Assembly: GCA_038245905.1 (NCBI GenBank)
Contig: JBBRRY010000003.1
Span: 32,001-96,000, forward strand
Source: Thermoanaerobaculia bacterium
GTDB taxonomy: Bacteria > Acidobacteriota > Thermoanaerobaculia > UBA5066
Reading direction: 5' to 3'
Length of the DNA stretch: 64,000 nt
The number at the start of each line of letters is the position of its first letter. Within the stretch, counting starts at the first letter, position 1. The notes under the pieces are model-generated. The model did not search any database, was not told where the DNA came from, and saw only the letters and a list, made by a program, of their open reading frames with translations. This document shows, piece after piece, positions 57,120-64,000 of the stretch. The position numbers and the translations under genes were made by a program.

Positions 57120-58840
57120 GAGGGGCTCTTCGCTTCCGAGGGTGCGTCCACGGTGGACGCAGGCGCGGGCGGCGGGGGCGGCGCCGTGGCCGGACCCGTC
57201 CGCCGGAAGACCGTTACCCAGACGGAGCCGATCGGATTGTTGCCGTCGGCGCGGTCCCAGGTCTCCCGCGTGAAGACGTAGAGGAGAAGCTGTTTGAGGT
57301 TCGGCCGGAGCGGCGAGAGCGACGTGTCGGGAATCCACCAGGCGCGGAACGGCACCCGATCGCGCTTGTAGGCCGGCCCGAGGATCTCGGCCTGCTTGTC
57401 GGCATCGACCTCGTCGCACAGGACGATCGGCGGACGCAGATCGCCTTTCGGGGCCTGCCAGTTCACCGGGGCCCTGCGGACGTACCAGCTCATCGGCCAA
57501 CCCGCTTCTCCCGAGACGATGGCGGCGGGCACCTCACCGACCTTTCCGTACGCGAGGATTTCGTCCACGATCGCCAGCAGCTCCGGACAGGTCTGGACCT
57601 GAATCGTCGATTCCGCCTTGCGTGAATTGGGCGTGAGGACGGGATAGACGAAGGAGAGGGTCACCGCGGTCAGGAGGGACGCGGCCGCCACCGCCGCGCC
57701 GCCGAGGCGCGCGCGCGAACCCTTCTCCGCGAGGAGAGCCCACGCGGCGCCGGCGAGCGGCAGGAAGGGGAGCACCTGGTGGACGATGAGCCAGCCCGCC
57801 TTCTCGCCGAGGTAGGCGTACATCGCGACGGACGAGAGCGACCAGCCCGCGAGGAAGCGCTCGGCGAACGTGAACCGGGACCAGCGCGTCGCGATGAGTG
57901 CGAGCGCCGGAAGAACGATCGCGAACTCGTACTGCAGGAGACGGGGCAGGTAGAACGTCTTCGGGCCGCCGACGCGCTCCATCTTGTGCTGGCCCCACCA
58001 GTAGGAGATGGCGTCGAAGACGGGATTTCCCGATTCGGGGTGGACGAGGAAGAAGGTGTAAAGAACCTCCGACACGCAGAAGAATAGGAGGAGGGCGCCG
58101 AGGAGCGGCACGGTGTGCGCTTCGAGCCAGTCGATGAGGCGGCGAAGCCGGTTCCACACGTCAAGCCCGCGTCCGGGCTCGGCCCACGCGGCCGCGACCG
58201 AGGGCACCATGAGCGCGAGTAGGACGTAGAAGTTCTCCTTCGACGCGAAAGCGACCGAAGCCGAAAGGGAGGCGAAACAAAGATCGCGCAGGCGCCCGCG
58301 CGCGAGGTACTGGTCGAGCCAGAGGAAGAGTCCGGCCGTGCCGACAAGACTCCAGACGTCATCGCGGCAGAAGCGCGTGTAATAGAGGAGGTTTGGCGAA
58401 AATGCGGCGAGGGCGCCCGTGGCAAATGCCGTTCCGGAGCCGAAGCGCCTTCGCAGGAGCAGCGCCATCGCCGACAAGGCGACGCCCGCGAGCGCCGGAG
58501 CGAGGCGGGCCGTGAAGTCGGACGTTCCGTCCCACGTCCTGGCGGCCGCGAATCCCGTCAGGAAGCCGACCGCCTTACCGACGACGGAAGAGACGGCGAA
58601 GGCAGCCGAGACCGCGAGGTACTGTACCGGTCCGTGGTAGACGGGGTCGTACTTGTACGTGCCGTCCTGCAGGAGGTGCAGCGCGGCCCAGGCGTGGATG
58701 GCCTCGTCGTGGTGGAGCGCGTGCGATCCGAGCTGCACGAGGTGGAGAAGCATCGAGAGCGCGAAAAGCGCAATCCAGGCCTTTTTCTCGAGTTCCGAGA
58801 ACGGCGGTTCGGCGGCGGAGCGGAGGCCGGCTTCGTTCAT
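57116..58840 (-). CDS. GT-C-like membrane protein (TIGR03663/Agl23-like)
   Basis: HHDEAIH, YKYDPVYHGP, YYTRFCRDD, SKEN, YLGEK..W and WPMSWY. Confidence 0.8.
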   Translation of the reverse strand: MNEAGLRSAAEPPFSELEKKAWIALFALSMLLHLVQLGSHALHHDEAIHAWAALHLLQDGTYKYDPVYHGPVQYLAVSAAFAVSSVVGKAVGFLTGFAAARTWDGTSDFTARLAPALAGVALSAMALLLRRRFGSGTAFATGALAAFSPNLLYYTRFCRDDVWSLVGTAGLFLWLDQYLARGRLRDLCFASLSASVAFASKENFYVLLALMVPSVAAAWAEPGRGLDVWNRLRRLIDWLEAHTVPLLGALLLFFCVSEVLYTFFLVHPESGNPVFDAISYWWGQHKMERVGGPKTFYLPRLLQYEFAIVLPALALIATRWSRFTFAERFLAGWSLSSVAMYAYLGEKAGWLIVHQVLPFLPLAGAAWALLAEKGSRARLGGAAVAAASLLTAVTLSFVYPVLTPNSRKAESTIQVQTCPELLAIVDEILAYGKVGEVPAAIVSGEAGWPMSWYVRRAPVNWQAPKGDLRPPIVLCDEVDADKQAEILGPAYKRDRVPFRAWWIPDTSLSPLRPNLKQLLLYVFTRETWDRADGNNPIGSVWVTVFRRTGPATAPPPPPAPASTVDAPSEAKSPS

Positions 58841-60924
58841 TTCAGGATCTCGTAGACCGCGGCGTCGCCGGCCGCGAACGCGCGATGGAAGTTGGCGCGC
58901 ATCGGGAATGCGCTCGGGCCGAAGTCACGCTTCTCGAGGGCGCCGACGAAGACGTAGCGCACCTTATAGCGATGCAGGAGGTTGAACACGGCCTCGGAGT
59001 CTTCGGAGGAGTAGATCGTCCGGAGGGCGTCCTTGCGGGCCGTCGTCTCGGCGAGAAAACGGCCGCCGCGCCACAGGCCTTCGTGGTTCTCCCAGCCGAG
59101 GACGATCGGAATTCCCGTGGCGGCCCCGATGCGCCCGTAATCCGTGTAGGCGTTGCCGGTCGCCTCCGCGAGGACCGCGCCGTCCACGGCGTGGGAGCGG
59201 AGCCAGAAAATTGTGTCGCGGTCACCGGGCGCCTCGCGCTTCATCCAGCCGAGTCCGTCCAGCCCGTCGAGGGGGCCGGTCCACTTCGCGCGGAAGACGA
59301 TCGCCGCGAGCGGGTGGGCGAGGGCGCCGACGAGGGCAACGGAGACGGCGATGCGAACGAAGACGCGCGCGTGTCTCGTGGCGAGCGCGAGCGGCAGGAG
59401 AAGCGCTCCGCCGATCACGAGAAGAGGCCAGGCTCCCATGAAACACTTGAAGACGGTGTTCATGCGGCGCATCTGCTCGCCGTAGGTGTCGGAGACGAGG
59501 ACGACGTCCGGCACGGCCGCGAGGACTGCGCCCGATGCGGCCAGGAGAAGCCCGGCCCGGATCGCCCCGGCAGGCGGCGCGGGATCTCCGGGCGACGTCT
59601 CCTTGAGAAGCAGCCAGAGCACGCCGGCGGCGAAGCCAGCCGCAAGAGAAAAGACTGGCTTTTTCGTGAGAACGGTGAGCGCGAGAGCCAGCGCGGGAAA
59701 CACGCACGCGGCGACGAGCGCCCGGTCGGCGCGCGCCTGGCTGCGGACGAGGGCGATCCCGAACGCGAGGGCCGGAATCACCGCAAGGACGCCGAAATGA
59801 AGGAAGGCGTCCGCGGACCCCGTCCCCTCCTTCCACCACGAGAGGCCGTTGAACGCGGGGCGCGGGGAAAGCGCGAAGGGCACGAGAAAGAAGGCGGCGG
59901 GAACCAGCGTCGCGAGGCTGCGGATGAACGCGGGCCTGAAGTCCCTCTCGGCGAAGTTGCCCGCACCCAGGACGAGGAGGGACGCGGGAAGGTCCCAGGG
60001 GTTCGCCGAGACGACGGCCGCGAGGAGCAGGGCGTCGAGCATGGTCCCGCCCACGCGGGAGATCCGGCCTGCGAGGCCGAGAAACGTCACTAAAAACGGG
60101 AAGATGACCGCATGCGGGTGCAGGTCTCCGAGGCGGAATGTGAAAAAGGGCCACTCCGTGATCGCGTTCTCGACCCGCCGCGAGGAGACCCACCAGACGT
60201 CGACGCCGGCGAGCGGCTTGTCGCCAAGGATCTGTCGCGCCCCGTCGAACGTGCCGCCGAGGACTAGAAGGAGGCTGCCGAAGACCGCGATCCCGCTCCC
60301 GCCGCGGCGAGCGCGGACCGCGCCGAAACCCGCGAGCGCCGCGAGGGCCGGCAGGAGGGCTGCGATCAGGTTGTAGGCGTACTCCGAGGGGACGCGGGCC
60401 ACACGGGCAGGGAGGGCGAACAGATACGTCCCGAAGTGGTAGTACGGAAACCGCTCGCCGGAAAGCCACGGATCCGGCAACGGGAGGCGCGCGGTCGTCA
60501 TGAGGCCCGACAGGACGGCGAAGTCCATCGGCTTCTCCGTATTGCGAATCTCGGCGATGCTCCATCGGATATACAGGAAGACGAGAAAGACGCCGAAGAA
60601 GACGAGAAGGGGCAGGAAGCGCGCGCGAGAACGGGGAAGAACTCCCGGAAGGTCGGCACCGCCCCAGACGAGCCCGGCCGCCAGGGCGAGAAGCGCGAGC
60701 GGCAGCGCGAGCCGGTCGATCGGGACATAGAAGATCGACGACAACAGCCAGCCCGGCAGGGCGGCCACGACGAGGCCCACGGGCAGGGCGAAGGAGAGAA
60801 CAGAATCGGCGCGGGAGCCGGGGTCCGCTTCGTCGCCCCTGAAAAGACGGGCGAGCACGGCCGCGCCCGACGCTGCCGCCAGGAGAAGAACGAAGGCGAA
60901 AAGAAGCGCCGTCGGGACCGTCAC
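58837..60924 (-). CDS. DUF2298 / YYY-motif membrane protein
   Basis: EKPMD, PDPWLSG...YYHFG, ITEWPFFTF..GDLHPH, NPWD, RMNTVFK, LDGL.W and LGWENHE.LWRG. Confidence 0.85.
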   Translation of the reverse strand: MTVPTALLFAFVLLLAAASGAAVLARLFRGDEADPGSRADSVLSFALPVGLVVAALPGWLLSSIFYVPIDRLALPLALLALAAGLVWGGADLPGVLPRSRARFLPLLVFFGVFLVFLYIRWSIAEIRNTEKPMDFAVLSGLMTTARLPLPDPWLSGERFPYYHFGTYLFALPARVARVPSEYAYNLIAALLPALAALAGFGAVRARRGGSGIAVFGSLLLVLGGTFDGARQILGDKPLAGVDVWWVSSRRVENAITEWPFFTFRLGDLHPHAVIFPFLVTFLGLAGRISRVGGTMLDALLLAAVVSANPWDLPASLLVLGAGNFAERDFRPAFIRSLATLVPAAFFLVPFALSPRPAFNGLSWWKEGTGSADAFLHFGVLAVIPALAFGIALVRSQARADRALVAACVFPALALALTVLTKKPVFSLAAGFAAGVLWLLLKETSPGDPAPPAGAIRAGLLLAASGAVLAAVPDVVLVSDTYGEQMRRMNTVFKCFMGAWPLLVIGGALLLPLALATRHARVFVRIAVSVALVGALAHPLAAIVFRAKWTGPLDGLDGLGWMKREAPGDRDTIFWLRSHAVDGAVLAEATGNAYTDYGRIGAATGIPIVLGWENHEGLWRGGRFLAETTARKDALRTIYSSEDSEAVFNLLHRYKVRYVFVGALEKRDFGPSAFPMRANFHRAFAAGDAAVYEILK

Positions 60925-60977
60925 AGGAGGGTTTCAAGGTAGCACAACAGCCCGCCGGCCGGCTTACACTCTTCGGG

Positions 60978-62303
60978 ATGAAGAGCGCGCCCCCCCGCGT
61001 CGCCGTGATCGGCGGTGGTCTCGCCGGCCTCGTCGCGGCCGATCGCCTGCTGGGGGCAGGCCTGTCCGTCACGATCTTCGAGAAGTTTCCCGAAGCCGGC
61101 GGCCTCGTGGGCGTCGTGAACGTGGGCGGAACGCCGCTCGAAAGGTACTACCACCACCTCTTCACGAGCGACGTCGACTACGTCTCGTTCGCGAAGGAGT
61201 TCGGCCTCGAGAAGGATCTCGTCTGGTTGAAGTCACGGATGGGATTCCTGTCCGGCGGCAAGCTATACGATTTCGGCACGCCCGCTTCGCTCCTCTCGTT
61301 CACGCCGCTCGGCATCCGGGGACGGCTCGAGTTCGTTCTCTCGACCCTGAAGCTCCGCAGCGACGCGGATTGGAAGAGTCTCGAAGGCGAGACCGCGATG
61401 GGCTGGATGCGCCGGAAGGGTTACGGCCGCGCGCTCGACGCCGTCTGGGGGCCGCTCCTCCGGCAGAAGTACGGCCGCCGCGCGGAAGACGTGGGCCTCG
61501 TGTGGCTGTGGGGAAAGATCTCGCTCCGAACGCGCTCGCGGGACAAGACGGGTCTCGGCGAGCGTCTCGGCTATCTGAGGGGCTCCTTCGGGCGCGGCGT
61601 CGCGGCGGTCCTCGCGCGCGTCGTGGACCGTGGCGGCGACGTCAGGACCTCTCGCCCCGTCCGGATCGTAAAGCGTTCGGGCACCGGTTTCGACGTGACC
61701 TCTCTGGGAAGCGCGGGGGGCACGGAGTCGTTCGACCTCGTTCTGTCGACGGTCGCGATCCCGGAGCTCCTGAGACTCGCGCCGGACCTTCCGGAAGAAA
61801 CGCGGAAAGCCTGGGCGGCGATTTCCTATTGCCACGCCCTCTGCCCGATTCTCGAGCTCGACCGCTCGCTCTCGCCTTACTACTGGCTGAACGTCGGCGA
61901 CGACTCCATGCCGTTCGGCGGCGTCATCGAGCACACGAACTTCCTCTCCCCCGAGGATTACGGCGGGCGCCACGTCGTTTACATTTCGAACTACGTGCTG
62001 CCCGACGATCCGAAGTGGAAAATGCGCGACGAAGACCTGTGGGCGGAATACCTCCCCGCGCTTAAAGTGATCAACCCGGCCTTCGACGAGAGCTGGATCC
62101 TCGCGAAGCAGATCGGGCGCGCGGAGTACGCGCAACCGATCGTCGTCCCCCACTACTCGAAGCTTCTCCCGCCGCTTCAGACCCCCGTCGAGGGACTCTG
62201 GTCCGCGTGCATGGCGCAGACATACCCGGAGGACCGCGGCCAGAATTACGCGATCCGGATCGGGCGCGACGCGGCGGACGCGATCCTGAAGTCTGTGCGG
62301 TAA
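60978..62303 (+). CDS. FAD-dependent oxidoreductase (protoporphyrinogen/amine oxidase-like)
   Basis: VIGGGLAGL Rossmann motif, ERYYHHLF, LGYLRGSF and YPEDRGQN. Confidence 0.88.
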   Translation: MKSAPPRVAVIGGGLAGLVAADRLLGAGLSVTIFEKFPEAGGLVGVVNVGGTPLERYYHHLFTSDVDYVSFAKEFGLEKDLVWLKSRMGFLSGGKLYDFGTPASLLSFTPLGIRGRLEFVLSTLKLRSDADWKSLEGETAMGWMRRKGYGRALDAVWGPLLRQKYGRRAEDVGLVWLWGKISLRTRSRDKTGLGERLGYLRGSFGRGVAAVLARVVDRGGDVRTSRPVRIVKRSGTGFDVTSLGSAGGTESFDLVLSTVAIPELLRLAPDLPEETRKAWAAISYCHALCPILELDRSLSPYYWLNVGDDSMPFGGVIEHTNFLSPEDYGGRHVVYISNYVLPDDPKWKMRDEDLWAEYLPALKVINPAFDESWILAKQIGRAEYAQPIVVPHYSKLLPPLQTPVEGLWSACMAQTYPEDRGQNYAIRIGRDAADAILKSVR

Positions 62304-62331
62304 GAGTGGCCGTTCGCTAGACTCCCTGATC

Positions 62332-62667
62332 ATGCGAAACGTCGATTTCTACTACCACCGCAACGGTTGAACGAGCTGCGGCCGCACCCGTGAGGTGCTG
62401 GACGCCCGGAAAATCAACGTCAAGACGACGCGCAAGGCGAAGTCGGAGCCCCTCTCGGAAAAGGACGTTCGCGCCCTCCTGAAGGAGGTCGACGAGGTCG
62501 TCGTCGCGAAGGGAAAATCCGCGCGGACCGTGTCGGCGCACGACGCGACCCTCGACGATCTCCGCGGACCTACAGGCAACTTTCGCGCGCCGATGATGCG
62601 GATCGGGCGGCGCCTCCTTGTCGGTTTCCACGAGGAATCGCTCCTCAAAGAGCTCGGCACGCGCTGA
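62332..62667 (+). CDS. ArsC/Spx-like thioredoxin-fold selenoprotein (UGA = Sec at codon 13)
   Basis: ATG 62332 gives MRNVDFYYHRNG-(TGA 62368-62370)-TSCGRTREVL, in frame with the 62395-62667 ORF (GPTGNFRAP...LLVGF). UxxC motif with a hairpin directly downstream. Confidence 0.85.
62378..62405 (+). promoter_or_regulatory. Candidate bacterial SECIS element
   Basis: GCG-G-CC-GCACC[CGTGA]GGTGC-T-GG-A-CGC. The apical loop starts 18 nt after the UGA and has G then U at loop positions 2-3. Confidence 0.7.
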
Positions 62668-62670
62668 ACC

Positions 62671-63765
62671 TCAGGACTCGGGGACGAGCGGAAGCTGCGG
62701 GTCGAGGGGGGTCGCCCGCGCGAGCTCCTCGGGAGTGAGGAGGCCGTGGACGCCGACGCCGAGGAGGCGCACGGGGCGCGTCGCCGCGTCGGTCCGCTCG
62801 AGAAGCGCGACGGCGCGTGCGGCCAGCTCGTCCGCGTCCCGCGTCGGACGCCGCGTGTCGCTCCGCGTCACGGTCGTGAAGTCGCCGTAACGCACCTTCA
62901 GGACGACGGTGCGCGCGAAGAGATCGCGCCGCGCGAGCCACGAGGCATCGCGGCGCGCCATGGCGTCGATCTCCTCGCGCATCCCGGCGAGCTCGGTCAG
63001 GTCCCGCGCGTAGGTGTCTTCGGTGCTGCACGACTTCGCGCGCTGGTCGGGCACCACGCGGCGGAGATCCTCTCCATGGGCGAGCCTGAGAAGGGAGTCG
63101 GCCCAGCTCCCGACGACGCGCCGGAGCGCATCTGCGGGGATCTGCCGCACGTCCACGAGACGCACACAACCGATCGCGAGCAGCTTCTCCGCCGTCTTCG
63201 GCCCGACACCCCAGAGCGCGTCGACCGGCAGCTTCTCGAGAAAACGTTCGACTCTTTCGGGCGCGATGACGGTCAGGCCGTCCGGCTTCTTCCACCCGGA
63301 GGCGATCTTCGCGAGAAACTTGTTCGGCGCGACGCCCGCCGAGACGGTGAGGGAGGTCGCCTCGAGGACTGCCGCCTTCAGGCGCCGCGCGACCGACATG
63401 CCGAGCGGCTCGTTCCACGCGTTCTCCGTGACGTCGAGATACGCCTCGTCGAGAGAGAGCGGCTCGACGAGAGGCGTCACCGCGCGGTAGAGATCGAAGA
63501 TCTGCTTCGAGACGGCGGCGTAGCGCTTGAAGTCGGGCCGCACGATCGCTAGAGCGGGGCAGAGGCGCACGGCGCGCGCCATCGGAATCGCCGAGCGCAC
63601 GCCGAACTTTCGGGCCTCGTAGCTCGCGGCCGCGACGACGCCGCGGCCCTTCGGATCCCCGCCGACGGCAACGGGCCTTCCCCGGAGAGAGGCATCGTCG
63701 CGCTGCTCGACGGAAGTGTAGAAGGCGTCCATGTCGAGGTGGAGGATTCTGCGGGGGGCGCTCAT
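62671..63765 (-). CDS. dinB: DNA polymerase IV
   Basis: ILHLDMDAFYTSVE, AASYEARKFGV, SLDEAYLD, NKFLAKIAS..KKPDG and GVG. Confidence 0.96.
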   Translation of the reverse strand: MSAPRRILHLDMDAFYTSVEQRDDASLRGRPVAVGGDPKGRGVVAAASYEARKFGVRSAIPMARAVRLCPALAIVRPDFKRYAAVSKQIFDLYRAVTPLVEPLSLDEAYLDVTENAWNEPLGMSVARRLKAAVLEATSLTVSAGVAPNKFLAKIASGWKKPDGLTVIAPERVERFLEKLPVDALWGVGPKTAEKLLAIGCVRLVDVRQIPADALRRVVGSWADSLLRLAHGEDLRRVVPDQRAKSCSTEDTYARDLTELAGMREEIDAMARRDASWLARRDLFARTVVLKVRYGDFTTVTRSDTRRPTRDADELAARAVALLERTDAATRPVRLLGVGVHGLLTPEELARATPLDPQLPLVPES

Positions 63766-64000
63766 GACGCGGGCCCGGGGAGAGCCCGTTCGAGTACCCA
63801 CGTGACGAAAAGCGCTGTCACGAGAGCCGGCAGCGTTCCTCCTATTCCGCCCGCTCCGCCCACAGATCCGGCGAGAAAGTACGCCGTGGCGCCCGCTGCC
63901 CAGCCGCACATTCCCGGGATCGCGAAGCCTCCGTGGCGGCTCTTTGGCCCGACTCCGGCGTAGAGGTCCGCGACTGCGACGGGCTTCCTCAAGAGGAAAA
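63762..64000 (-). CDS. C-terminus of a membrane protein, possibly an NCS1 nucleobase permease (5' end outside the window)
   Basis: Open frame to the window edge with two hydrophobic helices (FLLRKPVAVADLYAG...GWAAGATAYF). Stop overlaps the dinB start. Confidence 0.45.
   Translation of the reverse strand, partial: FLLRKPVAVADLYAGVGPKSRHGGFAIPGMCGWAAGATAYFLAGSVGGAGGIGGTLPALVTALFVTWVLERALPGPAS

Overview
Very GC-rich bacterial chromosome segment spanning the replication origin. Gene order and content suggest Acidobacteriota (inference only). It is mostly housekeeping: pdxT/pdxS with a MocR regulator; gyrA-gyrB-recF-dnaN-[oriC]-dnaA; rpmH-rnpA-yidD-yidC-mnmE-mnmG-rsmG-[parS]-parA-parB-bactofilin; a split ATP synthase operon (b', b, delta, alpha, gamma, beta, epsilon); a methyltransferase-bshC-bshB1-bshA bacillithiol operon; tRNA-Leu, secG, tpiA, pgk, mtnA, tsaD, lepA, lepB, pyrF/D/K; a surface-glycosylation/lipid cluster; and dinB. 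I saw no mobile element, integrase or CRISPR array. Highlights the ORF track misses: (1) a UGA-recoded ArsC-like selenoprotein (UxxC plus SECIS-like hairpin) at 62332-62667; (2) a structured ~135-nt RNA with competing antiterminator/terminator folds ahead of the putative N-methyl-bacillithiol operon; (3) an intact transaldolase-fold protein behind gyrA that has lost its catalytic residues; (4) an ArsA/Get3-HSP20 ATPase coupled to a small protein ending in an I-X-V motif; (5) an AlkP-fold pseudoenzyme coupled to a GT-C glycosyltransferase; (6) DnaA-trios in oriC and a perfect parS written over the rsmG stop and parA start; (7) repeated signs of leaderless transcription. Family names are from recognition of motifs by eye, not from database searches.
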